Below, piece after piece: positions 8,620 through 17,910 of a DNA stretch of 64,000 nucleotides. This stretch comes from Acidimicrobiaceae bacterium (GTDB taxonomy: Bacteria; Actinomycetota; Acidimicrobiia; Acidimicrobiales; Aldehydirespiratoraceae): NCBI GenBank assembly GCA_009843735.1, contig VYCW01000102.1, positions 59,137-123,136 of the forward strand. Reading direction: 5' to 3'. The notes under the pieces are model-generated. The model was not told where the DNA came from. It saw only the letters and a program-made list of their open reading frames with translations, and ran no database searches. The stretch's first letter is position 1. Each line of letters opens with the position of its first letter. The position numbers and the translations under genes are program-made.

Positions 8620-9432
8620 ATGCTCCATATGGAGTCCCCGACAACCCCGGCGGCGCCCGCGCCGGACCGGCTGCCGCTCAGCTCCGCGGCGGCCCTGCGA
8701 GCGGGCCTCGGGCCCTTGCTGCGCACGGCCTCCACCGGCTCCACGAACGACGATCTGGCTACGGGTGCCCGTCGAGGGGAGAGGACGCCGGCCGTCCTGG
8801 TGGCCGACCATCAGACCGCGGGCAAGGGACGGTTGGGCCGGCGCTGGGTCGACGCCGCCGGCGCGGGCTCGCCGGAGGCATCGCTGCTGGTGAGCTTCCG
8901 GCTGCCGGCCACGGTCGCCGAGGCCTCCGACCGCGCCGCCGCGGTGTCCGCCGCTGCGCTGGCGGCCGCGGCCCGCGCCCTCGACGGCTCGGCTGCCGAG
9001 GTCCGGGCCAAGTGGCCCAACGACCTGCTGCTGGAAGGGCCCGGCATCGCCGGAAAGCTGGCCGGCGTACTGTCGGAGATCGTCGACGGCGAGCCACCGG
9101 TGGTGGTGGTGGGCCTCGGCCTGAACGTCGCCGCCGCGCCGCCGGAGCCGGGTGCGGTCTCGCTGGCCCAGGCCGGGGCCGGAGCCTCCCGCGACGAGGT
9201 GCTGGCCTGGCTGCTCGACGAGCTCGGCCAATGTCTCGCCGATCCCGCCCGAGCCCGCAGAGAGCTCAGGGCCGCGTCGGCCACCATCGGGCGCAACGTC
9301 CGTGTCGAGCTCGCGGACGGCACTTCGCTGGAGGGGATCGCCCAGGAGATCGACGGCGCCGGACGCCTGCTGGTGTCCTCCGGTCGCCGGGAAATGCGCA
9401 TCGACGCCGGCGACGTGATCCACCTTCGTTAA
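8620..9432 (+). CDS. birA: Biotin-[acetyl-CoA-carboxylase] ligase, group I (no N-terminal HTH)
   Basis: Motifs STGSTNDDL and ADHQTAGKGRLGRRW. ATG at 8620, with an alternative at 8629. The track start at 8500 would overlap accA. Confidence 0.85.
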   Translation: MLHMESPTTPAAPAPDRLPLSSAAALRAGLGPLLRTASTGSTNDDLATGARRGERTPAVLVADHQTAGKGRLGRRWVDAAGAGSPEASLLVSFRLPATVAEASDRAAAVSAAALAAAARALDGSAAEVRAKWPNDLLLEGPGIAGKLAGVLSEIVDGEPPVVVVGLGLNVAAAPPEPGAVSLAQAGAGASRDEVLAWLLDELGQCLADPARARRELRAASATIGRNVRVELADGTSLEGIAQEIDGAGRLLVSSGRREMRIDAGDVIHLR

Positions 9433-9482
9433 GAGAGTCTCCTGCTCAATAGCTCAATACGCCGCCGGTACGCTGGCGCGCT

Positions 9483-11069
9483 GTGACCGACGGACGCGAA
9501 GTGGTGCTGCGGCGCACTTGGCCGCAGCGCCTCGTGGCGGTCGCTTGTCTGGGCGTCATCGTCGGCGCGGTGTGGCTCGCCGACCTGGCCGAGCATGTGG
9601 AGGAGGTCTGGAGAGAGGTCGACCGGGTGGTCATCGTCGGCACCGGCCAGTACGGCGAGGACCCGCTGCTGCGAACCGACACCGAGCCGGGCGAGCCCGT
9701 CAACTTCCTGATCGTAGGAACCGACAGCGCGCTCGGACTGGACCCCGACGATCCGGTAGTGCACGGTCGCGTCGTCGACCCCACCGGCAGGAGCCTGGCT
9801 GACACCATCATGCTGGTGCATCTCGATCCGGTGTCAGGGTCGGCGTGGGTGCTGTCGATCCCGCGGGATCTGTGGGCCGAGATCCCGGGAGCGCAGGACA
9901 ACCGGATCACCTCCGCGCTGTACATCGGTGGCGCCGAGATGCTGGTCGCCACCGTGACATCGATGTTCGATGTCGAGATCAATCACTACGTGGAGGTCAA
10001 CCTGGCCGGATTCCGGGAGGTGGTCGACACTCTCGGCGGCGTTCCGGTGTGGTTCGACCATCCGGTGCGAGACACCAGGCTGGCGTTCAGCGTCGCCGAG
10101 CCCGGCTGCCACGTGCTCGACGGCGAGCAGGCCCTGCACTATGTCCGCAGCCGCCGCTACACAGAGCTGATCGACGGCCGCTGGAGGATCACCGGCGGGG
10201 ACGACTTCACCCGCATCAAGCGGCAGCAGGACTTCCTCGTGCTGGCCCTGGATCGGGCCATCAACCGGGGGGCCCGCAATCCCTCCACGATGGTCGAGCT
10301 GCTCGACGCGGCCTCGGCCAGCCTGACGCTCGATCAGGACCTGACACTGGCGGAGCTGATCGCCCTGGGTGAGGCCTTCGCCGACTTCAATCCCGAGAAC
10401 CTGCAGCGTGAACGGCTCGAGGTCTACACCGTGTGGCATCCTGACGGCACCTACAAGGGAGAGGCCGCGTACAAGGGCGCCAACGCCCCGTTGCTGGAGA
10501 TCTTCAGGGGCTCAGCCGACTCGGTCAGGCCCTCGGAGGTGTCGTTGACGATCGCCGGCTACCACGAGATCTACCGGGACGACGCGGCCGACAGGCTCAC
10601 CGGCGAGGGCTTCGAGGTTCTGGGCTCGGTGGCTTCTCCCGACCTCCCCGAGACCGTGGTCCTGCACGGCCCTGCCGACTGGGCCGAGGCCATGACGGTG
10701 GCCCGGTACCTGGACCCGGTGCCCTACGTCGTCGAGGATGAGCGGGTGGACGGCGTGGTAGCGGTCCTCGGCTCCGACTACGGCGGAGTCCACTTCGTGT
10801 TCCAGGCGCCGATGGCGGAGGTGCGGGCCCAGGTGCAAGCCCGCGGCCGCCCGCCGGTGCTGCCCGACCCGGATGCCGGGTTCGCGCCGGTGGCCACTTC
10901 CGGGGGCAACGCGCTCGCTCCGGCGGGTGCGGCCAGCGTCGTGTCGCCGTCACCGGCGCTGGCGACCGCGACCGGTGGTCTCGTCGCGTTGGCCGCTCAA
11001 TCACAGGACTCCGACTCCGGGCCGCCGGTCATCCAGGGCCGCCCGCCGGAGGGAGAGTCGTGCAGCTGA
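9483..11069 (+). CDS. LytR-CpsA-Psr (LCP) family cell-wall glycopolymer ligase with C-terminal LytR_C-like domain
   Basis: N-terminal TM segment, then MLVHLDPVSGSAWVLSIPRDLW...NHYVEVNLAGFREVVDTLGGV...ALHYVRSRRY, which is characteristic of LCP proteins. Confidence 0.85.
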   Translation: MTDGREVVLRRTWPQRLVAVACLGVIVGAVWLADLAEHVEEVWREVDRVVIVGTGQYGEDPLLRTDTEPGEPVNFLIVGTDSALGLDPDDPVVHGRVVDPTGRSLADTIMLVHLDPVSGSAWVLSIPRDLWAEIPGAQDNRITSALYIGGAEMLVATVTSMFDVEINHYVEVNLAGFREVVDTLGGVPVWFDHPVRDTRLAFSVAEPGCHVLDGEQALHYVRSRRYTELIDGRWRITGGDDFTRIKRQQDFLVLALDRAINRGARNPSTMVELLDAASASLTLDQDLTLAELIALGEAFADFNPENLQRERLEVYTVWHPDGTYKGEAAYKGANAPLLEIFRGSADSVRPSEVSLTIAGYHEIYRDDAADRLTGEGFEVLGSVASPDLPETVVLHGPADWAEAMTVARYLDPVPYVVEDERVDGVVAVLGSDYGGVHFVFQAPMAEVRAQVQARGRPPVLPDPDAGFAPVATSGGNALAPAGAASVVSPSPALATATGGLVALAAQSQDSDSGPPVIQGRPPEGESCS

Positions 11070-11085
11070 TCCGGGCGGGCCGGTG

Positions 11086-12408
11086 ATGGGTGCCGACGGT
11101 GTCGACAGGTCGGGCCCGCCGGCGGCGATCGCCGTCATCGGGGCCGGCTATGTGGGGCTCACCACCGCCGCGTGTCTAGCCGAGCTCGGCCACCGCGTCG
11201 TCTGCACCGACGTCGACGGCACCAGGATCGCCGCGCTGCAGCGGGGCGAGGTTCCGATTCGCGAGCCCGGTCTGGCCGGTCTGGTCCAGTCCGGCCTGGA
11301 AGCCGATCGGCTCTCCTTCGTCCTGGGCTCCGCCGACGCGGCAGCCCGCGCCGACTTCGTCTACTTGTGCGTTCCCACACCGTCGAACTCCCAGGGCGGC
11401 ACCGACCTCAGCTACCTGGAGGCCGCAGCCTCCGAGATCGGTCCGAACCTGAAGCCGGGAGCGGTGGTGGTGAACAAGTCCACTGCGCCCGCAGGAACCT
11501 CGGCGATGCTGCACCGGGTGTTGGGCCGCGCCGATGTTGCGGTGGCCTCCAATCCCGAGTTCCTGCGCCAGGGGTCGGCGGTGGACGATTTCCTCAATCC
11601 GGCCCGGGTTGTGGTGGGGGCCGCCGACGCCGCCGTCGCCGAGCGGGTGGCCGGCCTGTTCGCCGGGCTCGGCGCGCCGGTGCTGATCACCGACCTCGCC
11701 TCCGCGGAGACCACCAAGTACGCCGCCAACGCGTTCCTGGCCATGAAGCTGTCGTTCACGAACTCCGTGGCAGCCCTGTGCGAAGCGGTGGGTGCCGACG
11801 TGAACGACGTGCTCGCCGGCATGGGCTACGACCCCCGCATCGGGCGCGACTACCTGAAGCCCGGGCCGGGCTGGGGCGGTTCGTGCCTGCCCAAGGACAC
11901 GAGGGCTCTCGTCGCCGCAGCCGCGGAGGCCGGTTATGACTACAGGCTGTTGCGCAGCGTGGTGGCGGCCAACGACGAGCAGTTCGACAGGATCGTCGAC
12001 AAGGTGGCCCGCCGGGTGCGGATGGACGGCGCCCGGATCGCGCTGTTCGGTCTGGCCTTCAAGGCCGGCACCGACGACACCCGGGACTCGCCAGCCCTCG
12101 AGATCGCCCGACGGTTGACCGCCGCCGGCGCGGCCGTTCGGGCCTTCGATCCTGCGGTCTCGACCAGCCCGGCCGCCGAGGCCGCCGGCATCTCGATCAC
12201 TGGCGACGCCTACACGGCCTGTGAGCAAGCCTCCGCGCTGGTGGTGGCAACCGAGTGGGACGAGTTCCGCCGGCTCGACTTCGCCCGGATCGCCGGCGTC
12301 ATGGCCCAGCGTCATGTGGTTGATGCCCGCAACATGCTGGACCGGGCTGCACTGGAGAGCCTCGGCTTCACCTACAGCGGGCTCGGCCTGCGCGGCGATA
12401 GCGAATAG
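11086..12408 (+). CDS. ugd: UDP-glucose 6-dehydrogenase
   Basis: IAVIGAGYVGLTTAACLAELGH Rossmann N-terminus, GGSCLPKD catalytic Cys motif and FKAGTDDTRDSPA. ATG at 11086 (GTG 11083 is possible). The track start at 10873 overlaps the LCP gene. Confidence 0.9.
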   Translation: MGADGVDRSGPPAAIAVIGAGYVGLTTAACLAELGHRVVCTDVDGTRIAALQRGEVPIREPGLAGLVQSGLEADRLSFVLGSADAAARADFVYLCVPTPSNSQGGTDLSYLEAAASEIGPNLKPGAVVVNKSTAPAGTSAMLHRVLGRADVAVASNPEFLRQGSAVDDFLNPARVVVGAADAAVAERVAGLFAGLGAPVLITDLASAETTKYAANAFLAMKLSFTNSVAALCEAVGADVNDVLAGMGYDPRIGRDYLKPGPGWGGSCLPKDTRALVAAAAEAGYDYRLLRSVVAANDEQFDRIVDKVARRVRMDGARIALFGLAFKAGTDDTRDSPALEIARRLTAAGAAVRAFDPAVSTSPAAEAAGISITGDAYTACEQASALVVATEWDEFRRLDFARIAGVMAQRHVVDARNMLDRAALESLGFTYSGLGLRGDSE

Positions 12409-12600
12409 CCCGGTGGCGGCGTGTTCCGCCGGCCGTCGTGGGAGACTCGGTGTGTGACCAGAGGCCGAGCGAATATGCGAGCGAATCCTCCCCATGAGGG
12501 CGAGGCCGTGGCCCGAGCGGCCCGTGAGCGCAGCGAACAAGAGCGGGAAACACCCCCTATCGACGCGATCCGCTCTCAATCGCCCGCGCAGCCCCTCAGG
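12409..12600 (+). other. 192-nt spacer, probable non-coding leader/promoter region
   Basis: It is in frame with the downstream GT4. However, 18 of the 60 codons from 12421 to 12600 end in A/T, versus about one in ten just downstream. It contains CGAGCGAAT twice with a 12-nt period (12466-12474 and 12478-12486) and a GAGCGG...CCGCTC stem (12541-12546 / 12570-12575). Confidence 0.45.
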
Positions 12601-13686
12601 GTGGCCGCGGTGGTGGAGCAGTGCTGGCATCGGGTGCCGGGGGGCACCGCGGTCGCCGCGGCCCGCACCCTCGACGCTCTGGCCGCACGGGGCGACGTCG
12701 ACCTGGTGGGGATTGCGGCCCGCCACCGCCACCCGCCCAAGGACGGACTCGGTCCCTCGATTCCCGTCCGTCACGCGCCGCTGCCCCGGAGGGCCCTCTA
12801 TGACGCCTGGCACCGCCTGCGGTCGCCGTCGGTGCAGCGCCTGGCGGGACCGGTTGACGTGGTCCACGCCACCGGGGGAGTGGTGCCCCCGCCGGGCCGG
12901 GCGGGGCTGGTCGTGACCGTCAACGACCTGGCCTTCCTGAGCCGGCCGGAGTGGTTCACCCGCCGGGGTGTGCGCTTCGCCACCCGGGGGTTCCATTTGG
13001 CCCGGGCGCAGGCCGCGGTGGTGATAGCGCCGTCCCACGCAACTGCAGACGACCTGCACGCTCACGGCGTGGGCCCGGAGCGGGTCCGGGTGGTGCCGCT
13101 GGCGGCTGCCGCGGCCACGCCCGGGGCAGCCGAGATCGACGCGGTGCGGGCCCGCTACCGCCTCCCCGAGGTCTTCGCGCTCTGGGTCGGCACCGCCGAG
13201 CCCCGCAAGAACCTGACCGGGCTGCTGCGCGCCGCGGAGCGCACCACCACCGCCGTGCCGCTGGTGCTGGCCGGCCCCGACGGCTGGGGTCTCGACGCGG
13301 CCGGGCTGGCGGCCGGCGCGGCCTGCAAGGTGATCCGCCTCGGCTTCGTCCCCCAGCGGGACCTGCCGGCGCTGTACGCGGCTGCCCGGGTGTTCGTCTA
13401 CCCGAGCCTGATGGAGGGCTTCGGACTGCCCGTCTTGGAGGCCATGGCTCAGGGTACGCCCGTGGTGACCAGCGCCGGAACCGCCACCGAGGAGGTGTGC
13501 GCCGACCCGGCGTCGGTGGTGGACCCGACCGATGTCGAGGCGCTGGCCGCGGCCGTCGACGCGGTGGTGGACGACGACGCGGAGCACTCCCGGCGCTCCG
13601 CCGCGGCCCGGACCCGGGCTACGACGTTCAGCTGGGCCGCCACTGCGGCCGGCGTGCGGAGCGCCTACGAAGAGGCCGGCGGGTGA
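12601..13686 (+). CDS. Family 4 (GT-B) glycosyltransferase
   Basis: VAAVVEQCWHRVPGGTA N-terminus and EGFGLPVLEAM motif. The start is placed at GTG 12601 on GC3 grounds. The track start at 12421 or the ATG at 12475 cannot be excluded. Confidence 0.8.
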   Translation: MAAVVEQCWHRVPGGTAVAAARTLDALAARGDVDLVGIAARHRHPPKDGLGPSIPVRHAPLPRRALYDAWHRLRSPSVQRLAGPVDVVHATGGVVPPPGRAGLVVTVNDLAFLSRPEWFTRRGVRFATRGFHLARAQAAVVIAPSHATADDLHAHGVGPERVRVVPLAAAAATPGAAEIDAVRARYRLPEVFALWVGTAEPRKNLTGLLRAAERTTTAVPLVLAGPDGWGLDAAGLAAGAACKVIRLGFVPQRDLPALYAAARVFVYPSLMEGFGLPVLEAMAQGTPVVTSAGTATEEVCADPASVVDPTDVEALAAAVDAVVDDDAEHSRRSAAARTRATTFSWAATAAGVRSAYEEAGG

Positions 13687-13696
13687 GGAGCGGGCC

Positions 13697-14845
13697 GTGA
13701 CCCCTCTGCGGGTGCTGGCGAACCTGTGCTCGGTGGTGCCCGCACAGGTGGGAGGGGCCGAGCCCTACACCACCAGGCTGCTGGCTGCGGTGGCGTCACA
13801 GATCCCGGATCAGGCCCCGGCCGTGGAGCTGGAGCTGGCGTCCATGGCGGGCGTGCGAGCCGTTCATCCGGAGTTGGGCGCGCCGGCGTGGCATGAGGCC
13901 TCCTGGCGGCCCGACAGCCGGGTGCGGCGAGCCGTGGTCGAGTCGACCTGGCTGGCCCGCCTGTCGTCCGGGTTCGACATCGTGCACCACTTCGGCGGCC
14001 GGCTCCCGGCTCGACGGTCCGGCGTGTCGGTGCTGACGGTACACGACATACAGCCTCTGGACCTTCCCGCCAACTTCTCGGCGATGAAGCGCCGGTATCT
14101 CGGCTGGGCCCTGCCCCGCAGCGTCCGCTCCGCCGACCTGGTGACCGTGCCGTCACAGTGGGTGGCCGACCGGCTGTCGGAACGGCTGTCGGTACCGGCT
14201 GGGCGCATCCGGGTGGTGCCGCCCACCTACGCCCGCCCCCGATCCTCCGCTGGCGCGACCGGGCCGGCGTCCGAACCGTCCGGCAGCCCTGTCAGGCAGC
14301 CCTTCCTGCTGTATCCGGCGGCCACGTATCCCCACAAGAACCACGCCACCCTCCTGATGGCCCACGCGGCCGTCCGGGCCCTCCACCCCGACCTCCAGCT
14401 GGTGCTGACCGGGGCCCGAGGCCGTGCCCACGCTCAGGTGGCCGAGCAGGCGGCCCGCACCCCCGGCGTGGTGCACCTGGGATGGGTGGACGACGCCAGG
14501 CTCGCCTCGCTGATGTCGGCCGCCAGCGCGGTCGCCTTCCCGTCGCGCTACGAGGGCTTCGGCCTGCCGGTGCTGGAGGCGATGCAGTCGGGAACCCCGG
14601 TCATCGCCGCCGACACGACCGCGCTCCCGGAGGTCGTGGGCGTGTGTGGCACCCTCGTCGATCCCGACGACGTCGACGGATGGGTTGACGCTCTCAGCGA
14701 GGCACGGTCGGGATCATCCCGGATCCGCGAGCAGGTGGACCGGGCCCTGGCCCGGGCGGCCGACTTCGCTCCCGAGCGGGCCGCCGGCCGGCTGCTGGAG
14801 GCGTGGCGGGCCGCGGCCGGTCACTCCGTGGAGCGAGCCCCGTGA
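13697..14845 (+). CDS. Family 4 (GT-B) glycosyltransferase
   Basis: GTG at 13697, 10 nt after the upstream TGA. LRVLANLCSVVPAQVGGAEPY N-terminus and YEGFGLPVLEAM motif. The track start at 13532 overlaps the previous gene. Confidence 0.85.
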   Translation: MTPLRVLANLCSVVPAQVGGAEPYTTRLLAAVASQIPDQAPAVELELASMAGVRAVHPELGAPAWHEASWRPDSRVRRAVVESTWLARLSSGFDIVHHFGGRLPARRSGVSVLTVHDIQPLDLPANFSAMKRRYLGWALPRSVRSADLVTVPSQWVADRLSERLSVPAGRIRVVPPTYARPRSSAGATGPASEPSGSPVRQPFLLYPAATYPHKNHATLLMAHAAVRALHPDLQLVLTGARGRAHAQVAEQAARTPGVVHLGWVDDARLASLMSAASAVAFPSRYEGFGLPVLEAMQSGTPVIAADTTALPEVVGVCGTLVDPDDVDGWVDALSEARSGSSRIREQVDRALARAADFAPERAAGRLLEAWRAAAGHSVERAP

Positions 14846-16074
14846 GGCTGCTGGTCCTCTGCCCGCACTACGCCCCCGACGTCGCCCCCACCGGCGAGGT
14901 CGTGACCGCCATCGTTTCCGAGCTGGCCGGCCGGGACCACGAGGTCCGGGTGGTCACCTCCCTTCCCTGGTACCGCCAGCACCGGGTGGAGCCCGACTGG
15001 CGGGGACGCCCGGTGCGACCGGGGATCGCCCGCGGCGGGGTCAAGGTCACCAGGGTCCACCCGTTCCCGACGGCGAAGGGGAGCGTCGCGGCCCGTGCCG
15101 CCGGATTCGCGGGCTTCACCGCGCTGGCCACCGCCACCGCGGTCGTGGCCCGGGACCGGCCCGACGCGGTGCTGGCGATGTCGCCGCCGATAACGCTGGG
15201 CCTGGCCGGCTGGGTGGCGGCCCGCCGCTGGCGGGTGCCGTTCGTGTTCAACCTGCAGGACATATTTCCCGATGCAGCCATCGACACCGGGGCTATCAGG
15301 GGCCGGCGACTGGTAGCCGCGGCCCGCCGCCTAGAGCGGTTCATCTACCACCGCGCCGCGGCCGTGACCGTGCTGTCCTCCGACATGAGGGACAACGTGG
15401 CCGCCAAGCTCGACGCCGGCCGGTCCGGATCGGTGCGAGTCATTCCCAACTTCGTCGACACATCCCGGATCCGTCCCCTCAGCCGCGACACCGCATACCG
15501 GGCCGAGTACGGGCTGGGAGACCGGACCGTGGTGATGTACGCCGGCAACGTCGGCTTGTCGCAACCCCTCGACCTGTTGGTGGCCGCGGCACGCGCCCAC
15601 CGTCATCGCGACGATGTCGTCTTCGTGGTCAACGGCGAGGGCTCGGCCCGACGGGCCCTGGAGGCGTCTGCCGAGGGCCTGCCCAACGTGGTCTTCGTCG
15701 GCTACCAGCCGGCCGAGCGCCTCGACGAGGTGCTGGCTTCGGCCGACATCCATTTGGTCGTGCTGCGTGAGGGGCTGGCCCGCTCGAGCGTTCCCTCCAA
15801 GATCTACTCGATCCTGGCCGCCAGCCGCCCGGTGGTGGCGTCGGTGGACCCTCACACCGAGCTGCCCCGCATGATCCACGAGGCCGGCTGCGGCGTCGCA
15901 GTCGCTCCCGGCGACCAGGTGGCGTTCGATGCCGCGGTCGGGACGCTCGTCGACGACCCCGACGGGCGCGATGCGATGGGTCGGCGGGGCCGGGCCTACG
16001 TGGAGGAGTGCATGACCCCCCAGGCCGTCGCGGCCGCCTACGAGGCGCTGTTCTCCGAACTGGGCCGTCACTGA
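14842..16074 (+). CDS. Family 4 glycosyltransferase, WcaI/WbuB-like
   Basis: GTG at 14842 overlaps the upstream TGA (14843-14845). The LRLLVLCPHYAPDVAPTGEV N-terminus is typical of the WcaI-like subgroup. Confidence 0.85.
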   Translation: MRLLVLCPHYAPDVAPTGEVVTAIVSELAGRDHEVRVVTSLPWYRQHRVEPDWRGRPVRPGIARGGVKVTRVHPFPTAKGSVAARAAGFAGFTALATATAVVARDRPDAVLAMSPPITLGLAGWVAARRWRVPFVFNLQDIFPDAAIDTGAIRGRRLVAAARRLERFIYHRAAAVTVLSSDMRDNVAAKLDAGRSGSVRVIPNFVDTSRIRPLSRDTAYRAEYGLGDRTVVMYAGNVGLSQPLDLLVAAARAHRHRDDVVFVVNGEGSARRALEASAEGLPNVVFVGYQPAERLDEVLASADIHLVVLREGLARSSVPSKIYSILAASRPVVASVDPHTELPRMIHEAGCGVAVAPGDQVAFDAAVGTLVDDPDGRDAMGRRGRAYVEECMTPQAVAAAYEALFSELGRH

Positions 16075-16105
16075 CATCCGGTGTGAGCCGATAGCGTGAC
16101 GGCCC

Positions 16106-16852
16106 GTGGCCCAGCCGAGTTCTTCCAAGAAGGTCCAGCGGGCCGCCCGGGCGGCCGCCGCGCCCAAGGGCGGCCGCGAGCGCCGCGAGCTGGGATTCCC
16201 GCTCATTCTCGGGGCGGTTGTCATCCTCGGTGTGGCGCTGGTGATCTTCGCCCGGTCGTCGCGGGCTCCGGCGGCGGCGCCGAGGGTGGGTAACGACCAC
16301 TGGCACTCGGCCTACGCGATCTACGACTGCGACCGGTTCCTGCCCGCCTTCACCAGCGCCGCCGATCCCGACGGCATCCACTCGCACCAGGACGGAGTGA
16401 TCCACATCCACCCGTGGAACAGTTCGGCCTCGGGTGACGACGCCCGGCTCGACGTGTTCTTCGAGTCCATGGGGGCGAGGGTCACCGACGACGAGATCAG
16501 CGGCCCCGGCATCGGCGTTCTGGAGGCGGGATCCGACTGCAACGGTGAGCCGACCGTGATCCGGGCCGTGCGATTCGCCCGGATCGATCCGGCGGCGCCC
16601 GGTGGCGACCAGCCGGTCACGGGGCTCGTCGACCTGTACGAGCCGGCCGAGGAATTCACCGACGACTTCGCCGACATCCGCTTGCTGGGCGATCTGGAGG
16701 CGTTCACGTTCGCCCGGGTGCCCGCAGGCGCCGATGTGCCCCCACCGCCGGAGGACCGGCTCCAGACGGCGTTCGGGGCGTCGGCGGGGAACCTGGTCTC
16801 CACCGGGCCGGAAACCGAGCTCGACCCGACGGACGCCCCGCCCGAGGAATAA
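16106..16852 (+). CDS. Conserved hypothetical membrane-anchored protein with histidine cluster
   Basis: Track ORF with a GTG start. It has a basic N-terminus, one TM segment (LGFPLILGAVVILGVALVIF), an extracytoplasmic domain with HWHSAYAIYDC ... HSHQDGVIHIHPW, and an acidic Pro-rich tail. High GC3 supports coding. Confidence 0.7.
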   Translation: MAQPSSSKKVQRAARAAAAPKGGRERRELGFPLILGAVVILGVALVIFARSSRAPAAAPRVGNDHWHSAYAIYDCDRFLPAFTSAADPDGIHSHQDGVIHIHPWNSSASGDDARLDVFFESMGARVTDDEISGPGIGVLEAGSDCNGEPTVIRAVRFARIDPAAPGGDQPVTGLVDLYEPAEEFTDDFADIRLLGDLEAFTFARVPAGADVPPPPEDRLQTAFGASAGNLVSTGPETELDPTDAPPEE

Positions 16853-16868
16853 GGGCGGGGGCGCCGAG

Positions 16869-17879
16869 GTGCAGGCGATCCTGCTTGTCGGGGGCTTCGG
16901 CACCCGGCTGCGGCCGCTGACCCTGACCACCCCCAAGCAAATGCTGCCGGTGCTGGACCGGCCCATGCTCGAGTACGCCGTGTCGGGTCTGGCCGGCCAC
17001 GGGGTCGACCGGGTGGTCCTGGCTCTGGGCTACCACGACGCCGCCTTCCGGGCCGCCTATCCCGGGGGGAGGTGCGCGGGGGTGGAGCTGTGCTGCGTGG
17101 TCGAGCCCGAGCCGCTCGACACCGCCGGTGCCATCCGCTTCGCCTACGAGGCGTCGGGCATGGGCGACTCGCCGGGCACCTTCCTGGTGGCCAACGGCGA
17201 TGTGATCACCGATCTCGACGTCGGCGAGATGTTGCACCTGCATCGCTCGGCCGGAGCCGAGGCCACGATCCACCTGATCGAGGTCGACGATCCGTCCCGC
17301 TACGGAGTGGTGGTCACCGATCGCGACGGTCGGGTACGCGAGTTCGTGGAGAAGCCGCAGCCGCCCGCGCCGAGCAACTGGATCAACGCGGGGACATATC
17401 TCATGGATCCTGCCGTGATCGGGCGGATCGACGGCGGACGCCGCGTGTCGGTGGAGCGTGAGGTCTTCCCGACCATGGTCGAGGACCGAACTCTGTGGGC
17501 GCTGTGTCACAACACCTACTGGCTCGATGTCGGCACTCCGAAGGCCTACCTGCAAGCCCAACTCGACCTGCTCGACGGCCGGCGGGGGCCGGCCGTGGCC
17601 GGGGTGTCGGCGGAGGCCTCGGTCGATGCCGGCGCGTTGATCGAGCGCAGCGTGGTGATGGCCGGCGCCGTGGTGGGGGAGGGGTCGGTGGTGCGGGGCT
17701 CCGCGGTCCATGAGGGCGCCGTCATCGAGGCCGGCGCAACGGTGCTCGACTCCGTGGTGGGCTCGGGCGCGACGGTGGGGCGGGGCGCCCGGGTTACCGA
17801 CGGGACGCTCATCGGCGAGCGCTTCGAGGTGGCGCCGGGGACGGCCCTGTCCGACGCCAGGGTGCCGCAGGGCGTCTGA
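16869..17879 (+). CDS. manC: Mannose-1-phosphate guanylyltransferase (GDP-mannose pyrophosphorylase)
   Basis: GTG at 16869. ILLVGGFGTRLRPLTLTTPKQMLPV nucleotidyltransferase motif plus C-terminal left-handed beta-helix repeats. The track start at 16602 overlaps the previous gene. Confidence 0.85.
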   Translation: MQAILLVGGFGTRLRPLTLTTPKQMLPVLDRPMLEYAVSGLAGHGVDRVVLALGYHDAAFRAAYPGGRCAGVELCCVVEPEPLDTAGAIRFAYEASGMGDSPGTFLVANGDVITDLDVGEMLHLHRSAGAEATIHLIEVDDPSRYGVVVTDRDGRVREFVEKPQPPAPSNWINAGTYLMDPAVIGRIDGGRRVSVEREVFPTMVEDRTLWALCHNTYWLDVGTPKAYLQAQLDLLDGRRGPAVAGVSAEASVDAGALIERSVVMAGAVVGEGSVVRGSAVHEGAVIEAGATVLDSVVGSGATVGRGARVTDGTLIGERFEVAPGTALSDARVPQGV

Positions 17880-17910
17880 GGACGAGCGGACAGGCAGCCG
17901 GGGCCCTCCG

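Noticed and set aside
8580-8744. A 55-codon N-terminal extension of accA in the track ORF (start at 8744).
   Set aside because: It would overlap birA head-on. Its third codon positions coincide with those of birA, which explains the open frame. GC3 also falls in the last 20 codons before GTG 8579. The biotin carboxylase core (KVLVANRGE) begins right after 8579.
12409-12600. Possible c-di-GMP (GEMM-I) or other known riboswitch in the ugd-GT4 spacer.
   Set aside because: I could not find the conserved GEMM elements (GGCAAACC / GACGCAAAGCC-like) or any other riboswitch core I know. It is kept only as an unexplained spacer in the findings.
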